21,306 bases of DNA. Source: a virus. Shown here piece by piece: positions 1 through 7,779 of the stretch (the first letter of the stretch is position 1; every line of letters starts with the position of its first letter). A model generated the notes under the pieces. That model was given only the letters and a program-made list of their open reading frames with translations, was not told the origin of the DNA and did not search any database. The stretch lies in the IMG/VR virus record IMGVR_UViG_3300045988_052980, positions 1-21,306 of that record; one strand, given 5' to 3'. A program made the position numbers and the translations under genes.

Positions 1-124
1 CTTTTGCAGTAGTTTCATATTGTATATTATTATCAAAAGCATATACATTTACAGGCATAAATAAGCCTAAACATAATACAAACGCAATGACGATTGAATA
101 TCGTCTTTTTTTATTGTTCAACAT
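1..124 (-). CDS. Partial CDS (first 41 codons): secreted or membrane-anchored protein, cargo gene downstream of the repressor
   Basis: Not in the ORF track (cut by the window edge). Minus-strand ATG at 124-122 with an AAGGAA SD 7 nt upstream. Reads MLNNKKRRYSIVIAFVLCLGLFMPVNVYAFDNNIQYETTAK: basic n-region, hydrophobic core, VYA-F cleavage-like site. The start overlaps the repressor stop by 14 nt. Confidence 0.5.
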   Translation of the reverse strand, partial: MLNNKKRRYSIVIAFVLCLGLFMPVNVYAFDNNIQYETTAK

Positions 125-485
125 TGTCTAATTCCTTAATGATTCCATAAATGAAATCTAATAACCTTTCCTTCGTTTCTTCACTTGATTTTAGATAAGC
201 CTTTATAAGTGGCTTTTGGTTTGGATTGATTTGGTATTCTTCTATGAGTTCGTCAATAGTGTTATCCGGTACATCCAAGAACATATCTCCAATTCCTTCA
301 GTAAGCCAAAAATAATCGGCATTAAATGTTCTACAGATGTTTTTAAGAATGTAATCATTCATATTTCTAACGCCACTTTCATAGCTTGCAACAGAATTTC
401 TAGAAACACCAATTCTTGAGCCAAACTCTGTTTGAGTTAAATTTAATGCATTCCTTAACTCTTTTACTCTTTCTCCTGTAGTCAA
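111..485 (-). CDS. XRE/lambda-cI-type HTH repressor (lysogeny maintenance candidate)
   Basis: Track ORF of 124 aa. N-terminal ERVKELRNALNLTQTEFGSRIGVSRNSVASYESGVRN is a classic XRE HTH. Transcribed divergently from the + strand early operon. Confidence 0.8.
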   Translation of the reverse strand: MTTGERVKELRNALNLTQTEFGSRIGVSRNSVASYESGVRNMNDYILKNICRTFNADYFWLTEGIGDMFLDVPDNTIDELIEEYQINPNQKPLIKAYLKSSEETKERLLDFIYGIIKELDNVEQ

Positions 486-525
486 AAAAAATAACCTCCT
501 TTATTTCATTTTATCATTAAAAATA

Positions 526-569
526 TAAATGTACACAAAAATTACAATTTATGCTTGTAAATGTACACA
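526..569. promoter_or_regulatory. Two direct copies of TAAATGTACACA (526-537 and 558-569), candidate repressor operators
   Basis: Exact 12-bp repeat, 32 bp centre to centre, in the 155-bp divergent intergenic region. Each copy contains the palindrome TGTACA. The second copy lies in the spacer of the candidate rightward promoter. Confidence 0.35.
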
Positions 570-583
570 GTGTGTTGTATACT
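555..583 (+). promoter_or_regulatory. Candidate sigma-A early rightward promoter TTGTAA-17 nt-TATACT
   Basis: -35 TTGTAA at 555-560 and -10 TATACT at 578-583 with a 17-nt spacer. It sits upstream of the first + strand gene. Sequence match only. Confidence 0.35.
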
Positions 584-640
584 ATACACGTAAGTTACAA
601 AACAACACAAAACAACACAAAAAAATGGAGGACACAAGAA

Positions 641-907
641 ATGACAAACGAAGAAATTATCCAAAACACAAAGAAAACATTAGGAATGGGAGAATTTGAA
701 CCATTGCACACTTTCCAAAAATGGAAAGAAATGGGATTCAAAGTTAAGAAAGGTGAGCATGCAGTAACTTGTACAAAGTTATGGAAACCTAAAGCAAATA
801 AATACACAGACACAAACGGAGAAGAAAAAGTTGAAAACAATTTCTTCTTAGCAAAAGCTTACTTATTCAAGTTTAATCAAGTTGAAAGAATAGCTACTAC
901 AAATTAG
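641..907 (+). CDS. First early gene: small protein with a weak ArdC-N/DUF1738-like (ssDNA-binding, antirestriction-type) motif
   Basis: ATG 641 lies 9 nt after GGAGG (627-631), so the track start at 551 was rejected. FQKWKEMGFKVKKGEHAV and FFLAKAYLFKFNQVE resemble the WLTFKQA..GG.VRKGEKG and VFN..Q blocks of ArdC N-domains, from memory. The function is tentative. Confidence 0.45.
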   Translation: MTNEEIIQNTKKTLGMGEFEPLHTFQKWKEMGFKVKKGEHAVTCTKLWKPKANKYTDTNGEEKVENNFFLAKAYLFKFNQVERIATTN

Positions 908-990
908 TCGAAATAAGCCGAAAGGCTTATCTGCTAGAGATGACCTACTAGCACTGATGATGACAGGTCAAAAAGAAAGATGGTGAAACA

Positions 991-1119
991 ATACTAGACA
1001 AGAGAATTTTTGAAGCCTTAGGCGAGCTACAAAAGAAAGGCTATGAGCTTTCAGAGTTTCATCAAGGATATATCGCTTGTATCTTAGATGAATCGAAAAG
1101 AGGTGAGAAAAATGACTAG
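991..1119 (+). CDS. Possible 42-codon ORF with protein-like sequence but no canonical start (ATA at 991)
   Basis: The frame is open from 965 to TAG 1117-1119 and reads (I)LDKRIFEALGELQKKGYELSEFHQGYIACILDESKRGEKND. There is no in-frame ATG/GTG/TTG. ATA 991 lies 4 nt after GGTGA (982-986). Its end overlaps the next gene's start. Confidence 0.25.
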   Translation: MLDKRIFEALGELQKKGYELSEFHQGYIACILDESKRGEKND

Positions 1120-1291
1120 AACATATTTCGTAACCTTCGACGTAACTGCAAATGTTACGTTCGAAGTTGAAGCACATGATGAAGTTGAAGCAAAAGAAAT
1201 TGCTAATCGATTAAATGTTAGAGATTTACAAGAGGTAAACGAAATTAATACTTGTGAATCTAGAATGGAGGTGTACGCAAGTGATTATTGA
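1112..1291 (+). CDS. Hypothetical small acidic protein
   Basis: ATG 1112 lies 5 nt after AGGTGA (1101-1106), inside track ORF 1088..1291. Confidence 0.6.
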   Translation: MTRTYFVTFDVTANVTFEVEAHDEVEAKEIANRLNVRDLQEVNEINTCESRMEVYASDY

Positions 1292-1535
1292 TTACAAATC
1301 ATATTTAAATAAAGACGATTTGGTAAAGGTGTTTGATATGAGCAAATATTCAAAAGAACACCAAAGACACCAATCAAGCAAGATTATGAAAGCAGTAAAA
1401 GAGTTTTATAAAGAAGAAACAGGTACTGCTTGGGAAGATACATTTGTATATAGAAATGTTAATCAGAATGTAATTCCGACAGAATATTTCTTGAAGTGTT
1501 GCCCCGAAGCCAGAAAATCATTTAGAAGGAGCTAG
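1281..1535 (+). CDS. Hypothetical protein
   Basis: GTG 1281 lies 7 nt after GGAGGTG (1267-1273) and overlaps the upstream stop (GTGATTATTGA). Part of track ORF 1254..1535. Confidence 0.55.
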   Translation: MIIDYKSYLNKDDLVKVFDMSKYSKEHQRHQSSKIMKAVKEFYKEETGTAWEDTFVYRNVNQNVIPTEYFLKCCPEARKSFRRS

Positions 1536-1537
1536 TT

Positions 1538-1768
1538 ATGCAAGATATAAGAATGAATGCAATACAGGAGGATGAGATGGAGTTAAGCATTTATCCATTT
1601 AATCCAAAACGAATACATTTAAGCAAAGAAGAAAAAGAGATACGCAGAGAAATGGCGTATCAAAAAAGAATCACGACAGGAATTAACATTATGTTATTCG
1701 CAACAATCGTGATTCTACTTATTTCAATAGCTTGTTTAGGTAAGTCGTATGCAATGTTATTTCTATAA
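1538..1768 (+). CDS. Small membrane protein (one C-terminal TM helix)
   Basis: AAGGAG SD. C-terminal INIMLFATIVILLISIACL hydrophobic segment. Confidence 0.6.
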   Translation: MQDIRMNAIQEDEMELSIYPFNPKRIHLSKEEKEIRREMAYQKRITTGINIMLFATIVILLISIACLGKSYAMLFL

Positions 1769-1865
1769 AAAAGAGGTGCGTACTCGACAAAGCACGCACA
1801 CACAAGAAATGACGTTCTTAAATAAGAACACATACATTATAGCAGATTAAAAGGAGAAACGGAAG

Positions 1866-2507
1866 ATGGAAGAAAAGAAATCAGTATTTCAAACACTGAA
1901 TGAAATCAATGTGAATGACAAAGTAGAAAAAAAGAACAATCTTAGCTATTTGTCATGGGCATGGGCATGGGGAGAAGTTAAAAAGAAATATCCAAATGCT
2001 CAATATAAGATTTATGAGCGTGAATCAGAATACGGTCCTATTAATTATTTTACAGACGGTTGCACTGCTTGGGTTAAAACAAGTGTAATCATTGAGGGAT
2101 TAGAACACATTGAAGAATTACCTGTAATGGATTACAAGAACAAATCAATCACACTTTATAAATTGACATCATTTGATGTGAATAAAGCGATTCAAAGAAG
2201 CTTAACAAAAGCAATCGCTCGTCATGGTTTGGGCTTATATATTTATGCCGGCGAAGATTTACCGGAAGAAGATAAGAAAAATGAACTAGAGCCAAAAGAA
2301 GAAACGGTTAAGAAGTTTATAGCAATGCAAACGGAAATGAATGAATTAGGAATTGACTTTAGAGAACAATATTCAGATTGGGTTCTAAATCATTCACAAT
2401 GTGAATCACAAGATTTACAGAAGTTAAACGAACCTCAGTTGCAATCCACAATTAAAGCTTATGGAACATTAATTAAAGGATATAAAGAAAAGATTGCGAG
2501 GGCATAG
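1866..2507 (+). CDS. Rad52-superfamily single-strand annealing protein, Sak3/DUF1071-like
   Basis: NLSYLSWAWAWGEVKKKYP, TAWVKT and QRSLTKAIARHGLGLYIYAGEDLPE are the signature blocks of the DUF1071/Sak3 phage recombinase family. Confidence 0.85.
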   Translation: MEEKKSVFQTLNEINVNDKVEKKNNLSYLSWAWAWGEVKKKYPNAQYKIYERESEYGPINYFTDGCTAWVKTSVIIEGLEHIEELPVMDYKNKSITLYKLTSFDVNKAIQRSLTKAIARHGLGLYIYAGEDLPEEDKKNELEPKEETVKKFIAMQTEMNELGIDFREQYSDWVLNHSQCESQDLQKLNEPQLQSTIKAYGTLIKGYKEKIARA

Positions 2508-2545
2508 AAATAAAGAAAAGAGATAAATCAATACTTCAAAGTGAT

Positions 2546-2803
2546 ATGTCTAAATGCTATGTATGTGGTTCAATATTGAATTTACATACACATGAAATAT
2601 ATTTCGGTACTGCTAATAGAAAGAAATCAATTGAGCATGGTTGCTATGTAAAATTGTGTGCAAAGCACCATAACATGAGCGGTGAAGGAGTACATTTTAA
2701 TCACAAATTAGACATGAAACTAAAAAAGGAATGCCAACAGGCATTTGAGAAAGCACACACAAGAAATGAATTTATGAAGATATTTCATAAGAACTATTTA
2801 TAG
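2546..2803 (+). CDS. Cys/His-rich putative zinc-binding phage protein
   Basis: CYVCG...HTHEIYFG...LCAKHHN...GVHFN pattern, recurrent in small Firmicute phage proteins. Function unknown. Confidence 0.55.
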   Translation: MSKCYVCGSILNLHTHEIYFGTANRKKSIEHGCYVKLCAKHHNMSGEGVHFNHKLDMKLKKECQQAFEKAHTRNEFMKIFHKNYL

Positions 2804-2812
2804 GAGGTAAAT

Positions 2813-3043
2813 ATGTTTTCATACAATGTTATTAATAACCAAGAATCATATCCTAGAGAAATCTATTATTCACAAGCTAAAAGGATTGAAGCATTAGAAA
2901 ACTACATCATGGATGAAAACTTTAATCCGTACCAAGACTCTTGGACGGATGTTAAGAAAATGGAAGAATTGGGAATTACAGAAGAGCAAAAAAGGTTGTT
3001 CAGACTTCAAAAGTTCGAAGAAATGGAGCGCATTCCATTTTGA
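2813..3043 (+). CDS. Hypothetical protein
   Basis: ATG preceded by TAGGAGGTAAAT. Track ORF. Confidence 0.6.
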   Translation: MFSYNVINNQESYPREIYYSQAKRIEALENYIMDENFNPYQDSWTDVKKMEELGITEEQKRLFRLQKFEEMERIPF

Positions 3044-3579
3044 AAACGAAGTTAATCGGTAATTTCGTTAGAAAAGCTAGGAACGAAGATGGAAACCTAG
3101 AAATAACCTTTGAATTGACTGAACCAATATACGAAGCATACGCTCAGAACCTCGTAAAAGGGGAATATAGTGTAGTTATAGATTCAATAAGGTATTTACG
3201 TACAAATGAACAAAATCGCCTTATGTGGCATTTAATTAGTGAAATATGTAAGGACGATAATGCCGTTTCAAATGACACATGGGATATGTATTGCGAATTT
3301 CTGAAAATGTCAAAAGCATGGTATACATATGTTTCCGTTGTTAAAGAAGGTTATGACGAATTGTGTAGAGCGCATGGAGTTAGAGCAGTACAAGCATTAG
3401 GTACAGAAATAAGAAATAATGGAAAGGAATTTGTGAATTGTAGAGTATTTCTAGGTAGCTCACAAATGGACACAAAGCAAATGGGAGTATTAATTGATTG
3501 CATATTAGATTATGCAGAACAATTAGGAATCAGTACTCAATATTATTTAGATAAAGGAATAAAGGGGGAAGAAAAATAA
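3040..3579 (+). CDS. ninB: NinB/Orf-like recombination mediator
   Basis: RTNEQNRLMWHLISEICKD parallels lambda Orf RSLDQNRKLWACLGDVS. GSSQMDTKQMGVLIDCILDYAEQLGI parallels STSRMRVGEFAELLELIQAFGTEHGV. The TTG start overlaps the upstream TGA. Confidence 0.6.
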   Translation: MKTKLIGNFVRKARNEDGNLEITFELTEPIYEAYAQNLVKGEYSVVIDSIRYLRTNEQNRLMWHLISEICKDDNAVSNDTWDMYCEFLKMSKAWYTYVSVVKEGYDELCRAHGVRAVQALGTEIRNNGKEFVNCRVFLGSSQMDTKQMGVLIDCILDYAEQLGISTQYYLDKGIKGEEK

Positions 3580-3944
3580 AATTTGTAATTAAAGGAAAGC
3601 TTGATGGATTGAATGAATATATTAATGCTTGCAGAACGAATCGTTACAAAGGAGCAGAAATGAAGAAAAAGAATGAGCGTCTTGTAATGGCTTATATCTT
3701 ACAGGCAGTAAATTTTGGCGAGGTTTACGAAGTTAAGGACTACCCAATTAAATTAAATATTAATTGGTATGAGCCAAATAACAAAAGAGATATAGACAAT
3801 ATCACATTCGCTACTAAATTCATTCAAGATTCATTAGTTAGAACAGGAATTTTAGAGGATGATTCAAGAAAATACATTAATCAAGTGAATCATTCAGTAT
3901 TTACAGATAAGGAGAATCCAAGGATAGAGGTAGAGATTTTATGA
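3576..3944 (+). CDS. rusA: RusA-family Holliday junction resolvase, apparent ATA start
   Basis: NKRDIDNITFATKFIQDSLVRTGILEDDS and PRIEVEIL are RusA-like. The family-typical N-terminus KFVIKGKLDGLNEYINACRTNRYKGAEMKKK lies upstream of the track start (TTG 3609). The frame opens at 3555, and its only start-like codon is ATA 3576, 6 nt after GGGGGA (3564-3569). That ATA overlaps the upstream stop as ATAA. Confidence 0.75.
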   Translation: MKFVIKGKLDGLNEYINACRTNRYKGAEMKKKNERLVMAYILQAVNFGEVYEVKDYPIKLNINWYEPNNKRDIDNITFATKFIQDSLVRTGILEDDSRKYINQVNHSVFTDKENPRIEVEIL

Positions 3945-4291
3945 GAGAGCAAGAAATGGCAGTGAATGTAGCAAAGCAAATTTATTTTGATGAATTCAAC
4001 TTGTTTTATCAAATTGCAGAAAGAAGCATAGGAGATACAAATTCAAAGGATGTATTTAATGAAGCGTGTACAGTTCATGATATTACAGAGGAATTCATGT
4101 ATAGATTAAATGATTGTAATAGTTACACAAAAGAAGGATTAAACCAAGAAAGAATAATTGCAATCTATAAAGCATTACATAAAATTGACGGATATTTTAG
4201 TGATGAAAGAATCAAATGCTATATAGAATACACCGACAAAATCATTGATGAAATCCTAAAGCAAGTCGCAGTGCTTGGTGGAGGTGATTAG
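3941..4291 (+). CDS. Hypothetical protein
   Basis: ATGA start/stop overlap with rusA. Track ORF. Confidence 0.6.
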   Translation: MREQEMAVNVAKQIYFDEFNLFYQIAERSIGDTNSKDVFNEACTVHDITEEFMYRLNDCNSYTKEGLNQERIIAIYKALHKIDGYFSDERIKCYIEYTDKIIDEILKQVAVLGGGD

Positions 4292-4292
4292 A

Positions 4293-5024
4293 ATAGCAGA
4301 ACTAAAGAAAAGCCTACAAAGTGGGTATACACACGTTAATAATGAGATATTTCACGATAGAGAATTATCCTATAAAGCAAAAGGCTTGTTTTGCCAAATG
4401 TTAAGCCTTCCGGATAATTGGGATTTTAAGGAAAACAGTATTAAAGCACTAGCTACAGATGGAATATCAAGCGTTCGTTCCGGTTTAAAAGAACTAATGA
4501 ATAAAGGATATTTAATTCGTGAACCTATTAGAGAAGGTAATTTAATTGTTGATTGGCAATATACATTAATAGACAGTCCTCGGAATTTAGAAAATCTAAA
4601 AATAGAAAATCTAAAATTAGAAAATCTAAAATTAGAAAATCTAAACCCTATTAAATTAAATAATAATTCAACTAAAAATGAATTAAATAAAAATAATATT
4701 AATGTATGTACGCACAAACACAAATACGGAGAATATCAACACGTTCTATTAACAGATAAAGAACACACACACCTATTAGATTTATATGGAAACTCATTAT
4801 ATGAGCATATAAAGATTTTGGATGAGTACATTGAAACAAGTGGAAAGAAATACAAGAACCATTCACTAGTGATTCAAAAGTGGGTTCATGATGAATGGAT
4901 GAAAAGAAATAAAGATAATCCTATCACACTTGATTCAAAGTTTTATGTACAAGAAAGCAATCAATCGTATGCAGATGTACAGAAAGAAATGGAACGAGTT
5001 AGAAGGGAAATATTAAGAGCATAA
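4293..5024 (+). CDS. Replication initiator / replisome organizer (N-terminal wHTH, DnaD-like C-terminal part)
   Basis: GYTHVNNEIFHDRELSYKAKGLFCQMLSLPDNWDF...LKELMNKGYL is the typical phage replication-protein wHTH. It is followed by an iteron-encoding linker, then YGEYQHVLLTDKEH...KYKNHSLVIQKW. Start is ambiguous: ATA 4293 is 5 nt after GGTGGAGGTGA (4277-4287), whereas TTG 4275, GTG 4278 and GTG 4284 sit inside or before that SD. Confidence 0.7.
   Translation: MAELKKSLQSGYTHVNNEIFHDRELSYKAKGLFCQMLSLPDNWDFKENSIKALATDGISSVRSGLKELMNKGYLIREPIREGNLIVDWQYTLIDSPRNLENLKIENLKLENLKLENLNPIKLNNNSTKNELNKNNINVCTHKHKYGEYQHVLLTDKEHTHLLDLYGNSLYEHIKILDEYIETSGKKYKNHSLVIQKWVHDEWMKRNKDNPITLDSKFYVQESNQSYADVQKEMERVRREILRA
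4587..4646 (+). repeat. Four tandem 15-bp iterons (TTAGAAAATCTAAAA consensus), candidate phage origin
   Basis: Units at 4587-4601, 4602-4616, 4617-4631 and 4632-4646 each differ from the consensus by at most 1 nt. They encode (L/I)ENLK x4 in the linker of the initiator. An almost pure A+T tract follows at 4647-4710. Confidence 0.8.
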
Positions 5025-5038
5025 GAGGGTGTGAATAA

Positions 5039-6010
5039 ATGGAAAAAATACAGATTTTAGAGCTATTTGGAGGTATCGGTTCTCCAAGATGTGCGTTAAG
5101 AAATATTGGAGTTCCCGTTAAAGCTATCGATTATGTAGAAATAGATGAAAAAGCAGTTCGTTCTTATAACGCAATGTTTGAAGATGAATTAGCGTATAAA
5201 ACTCAATCTGTAGTAGGTTGGAATTTAAGACCAGACATTTTGATACATGGAAGTCCATGCCAAGATTTCTCGATTGCAGGGAAACAAAAAGGAGCGGATG
5301 AAGGCTCTGAAACTCGTAGTTCATTGATGTGGGAAACAATTCACATCATTCAACAAATGGGAGTATGGAAGCCTAGATATGTAATTTGGGAAAACGTGAA
5401 AAACGTATTGTCAAAGCACATGATTCATAACTTCAATCGTTATTTGAAAGAAATGGAAAAAATGGGATATACAAATTCGTTTGAAATATTAAATGCAAGA
5501 GAATTTGGATTACCGCAAAACAGAAATAGAGTGTTCACAGTCTCAATTTTAGGAAATGAATATTTTGAATTTGATGATTTAATCAGAACAAAAGAAAAGA
5601 ATATCAACGATTTTTTAGAAAAAACATTTGAAGATAAATACGTAGTTCGACAAAAAAGTATGTTAAAAAAAATTGAATCTAAAGATAGCAGTTTTAAAGT
5701 GAAAGTGATTAAAGATTATTGCGATACGATAACGTGCAAACAAGTACGCAGTCCAAACGCAGGTGTAATTAGATTAGATGATGGAAGATACAGATATTTG
5801 ACGGAACGTGAGTGTTGGAGATTACAAGGATATACAGATGAGGATTTTGACAATGCAGCAAGAGTAAATCCTGGGAAAGAGGGGTGCATGAACAGTGCAT
5901 TGTACAAGCAAGCAGGGAATTCAATTCCTGTACCAATATTTGAAAGTATATTCAGAAAAATAATACTGAATCAAACAGATTCAAGTAACAAGGAAAACAG
6001 ATTGTTTTAA
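5039..6010 (+). CDS. DNA (cytosine-5)-methyltransferase, orphan
   Basis: Motif I ELFGGIGS, motif IV GSPCQDFS, motif VI ENV, motif VIII QNRNRVF, motif X AGNSIPVP. No restriction endonuclease gene is adjacent. Confidence 0.9.
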   Translation: MEKIQILELFGGIGSPRCALRNIGVPVKAIDYVEIDEKAVRSYNAMFEDELAYKTQSVVGWNLRPDILIHGSPCQDFSIAGKQKGADEGSETRSSLMWETIHIIQQMGVWKPRYVIWENVKNVLSKHMIHNFNRYLKEMEKMGYTNSFEILNAREFGLPQNRNRVFTVSILGNEYFEFDDLIRTKEKNINDFLEKTFEDKYVVRQKSMLKKIESKDSSFKVKVIKDYCDTITCKQVRSPNAGVIRLDDGRYRYLTERECWRLQGYTDEDFDNAARVNPGKEGCMNSALYKQAGNSIPVPIFESIFRKIILNQTDSSNKENRLF

Positions 6011-6024
6011 AGGAGGAAAAAACC

Positions 6025-6471
6025 ATGGCAAAATATTTATTTAAGTCAAATATATTCGCTCAATTATCAGAAATCGTAGAAGCTAATTCAGAAAAAGAAG
6101 TTTGGGATAAGATTAGAAATCAAAAATCTTTTGAAATTAAGCAAGAAGATTTAAACGTTTATCCAGCATCAATTGAGATTAGAAAAATCAAAGAAAAAAA
6201 GGAGAAAAACAACATGGAATTAAAAGAAACAGTGGAGTTAATGAACTCTGAGGATTACAAAGAAAGATTTGTAGCAGAATATCACCAAGTAAAAATCAGA
6301 TATGAGAAATTGAAGAATTTCTGCAACAAAATTGAAGTTGAAGAAATGTTAGGCAAAGAAGTAACAAAACATGATTGCCCGCTTGAACTATTAAGAGAAC
6401 AACAAAAATACATGGGATTATATTTATCAATCCTCGAAAAAAGAGCATTGATTGAAAATGTTGAATTATAA
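6025..6471 (+). CDS. Hypothetical protein. The C-terminal half resembles the small helical phage family often labelled crAss001_48-related
   Basis: Strong SD AAGGAGG. An internal SD plus ATG at 6214 is in the same frame. The family call is from memory of ...LREQQKYMGLYLSILEKR-type sequences. Confidence 0.5.
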   Translation: MAKYLFKSNIFAQLSEIVEANSEKEVWDKIRNQKSFEIKQEDLNVYPASIEIRKIKEKKEKNNMELKETVELMNSEDYKERFVAEYHQVKIRYEKLKNFCNKIEVEEMLGKEVTKHDCPLELLREQQKYMGLYLSILEKRALIENVEL

Positions 6472-6483
6472 AAGGAGAAACAA

Positions 6484-6999
6484 ATGACAATTAAAGATAT
6501 TGAATTAATCAGAAAAATGTTAAAGAAACAAGCTAAACTAGATGAAGCTATCATGAAAGAATACGGATTATACACGATTTATGAAGAGAAGTTGAGCTTC
6601 GCAATCCTAGATGAAGTAGGCGAGCTAACTCATGAACTAAAAGGGAATTGGTGCTATTGGAAGAAAACGCAACCTCCTGTTGATGGAGAAAAGGTGTTAG
6701 GTGAATTAGTTGATATTTGGCATTTTGTATTAAGTTGGCAAAACAACTTTAATGGTGGTGAAGAAGGATTGCTAACGGATGATGAAATAATGGAAAAAGT
6801 TGACGATAATCGGTGGTCAATCGAAGAATATGGAAAAGGTATTGTTATAAAATTAGCGGATTTATCATATTCTCCGTTGTGGAAAGTAGAACCATTAATC
6901 GCAATTACAGAGTACTTAGGATTCACTATTGAGCAAGTATACAAAGCTTATTGCGGAAAGAATAAAATCAACTATCAAAGACTAGAAAGTGGGTACTAG
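6484..6999 (+). CDS. Dimeric (all-alpha) dUTPase / MazG-like NTP pyrophosphohydrolase
   Basis: AILDEVGELTHELKGNWCYWKK....VLGELVDIWHFVLSW matches the dimeric dUTPase pattern (ElgE...KyW....eE.vD..HF). Confidence 0.6.
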   Translation: MTIKDIELIRKMLKKQAKLDEAIMKEYGLYTIYEEKLSFAILDEVGELTHELKGNWCYWKKTQPPVDGEKVLGELVDIWHFVLSWQNNFNGGEEGLLTDDEIMEKVDDNRWSIEEYGKGIVIKLADLSYSPLWKVEPLIAITEYLGFTIEQVYKAYCGKNKINYQRLESGY

Positions 7000-7001
7000 G
7001 C

Positions 7002-7241
7002 ATGTGGATTAGAAGCCAAGATGGAAAAATTTTAATGGATTGCGACTTTTTCGCAGTTGAAGAACACGGCGTTAAATATGCAGTGATTACATTAAGTGGC
7101 AAAAGTGGTATAAGCGTTAATTTAGGTACATATACTACTGAATATAAAGCTTTAGCAGTTTTAAACGATATTCAAGAATGGTACGAATGTTCATACGGTG
7201 AAACATTCCAAATGCCACAAGATGAGGATGTGGAAGTATGA
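7002..7241 (+). CDS. Hypothetical protein
   Basis: Track ORF in the operon frame series. Confidence 0.55.
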   Translation: MWIRSQDGKILMDCDFFAVEEHGVKYAVITLSGKSGISVNLGTYTTEYKALAVLNDIQEWYECSYGETFQMPQDEDVEV

Positions 7242-7522
7242 CGTTTGATGAATTCAAAGAAATTAGAAAAAAATACAATCTTTTAATAACATTCAATGAC
7301 AATATTGAAGCTATGTCAAAAGAGAAATACGAAGAACTTATAAATAACTTAATTGAATCAATTAAAGACCTTTACAATGATGATTCAAAAAAAGAACAAG
7401 AAAAAATTGAAAAAGAGCTAAGAAAAAAGCAAAACGCAAGTTTGAGAAAGCTTAAAAGAATGGTACAAAACAAAAAAGAAACTGATGAATTTGTTAAAAA
7501 GCTAAAGGAGCAAGAACAATGA
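7238..7522 (+). CDS. Hypothetical charged/coiled-coil protein
   Basis: ATGA overlap with the upstream gene. Lys/Glu-rich. Confidence 0.55.
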   Translation: MTFDEFKEIRKKYNLLITFNDNIEAMSKEKYEELINNLIESIKDLYNDDSKKEQEKIEKELRKKQNASLRKLKRMVQNKKETDEFVKKLKEQEQ

Positions 7523-7779
7523 TTAAAACAAGGATTGAAGAAGGACTTGATTCTTTAATTGAAATGTACACTATAGAAATTGAAGATGACACAGAATGTC
7601 TAAAAAAGTATAAAGATGAGTTGGAGAATGTTTTAAAAGAATCTGAATGCTTATCAGAAGTTGATAATAGCAGAATATGTAGTTTGCACAAAATTGTAGA
7701 AAGAAAGGCAACCCAAATCGTTTTGAAGAAAGAATTTTTACTCAATTTAAATTGTATTAGAGAGGCAAACAATGATTAA
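7519..7779 (+). CDS. Hypothetical protein
   Basis: ATGA overlap. GGAGCAAG SD. Confidence 0.55.
   Translation: MIKTRIEEGLDSLIEMYTIEIEDDTECLKKYKDELENVLKESECLSEVDNSRICSLHKIVERKATQIVLKKEFLLNLNCIREANND

Noticed and set aside
913-930. Hairpin ATAAGCC-GAAA-GGCTTAT just after the first early gene, as a possible terminator.
   Set aside because: There is no downstream T tract, and the operon clearly continues. It is at most an RNA stability element.
4587-4646. The tandem 15-bp repeats could be mistaken for a CRISPR array or a minisatellite.
   Set aside because: The units are contiguous with no spacers, are only 15 bp long, and lie in frame inside the replication initiator gene. Iterons are the better reading.
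6025-6471. Splitting this ORF into two genes at the internal SD plus ATG at 6214.
   Set aside because: No stop codon separates the halves, and the upstream start has an even stronger SD. It is kept as one CDS with a possible internal start.
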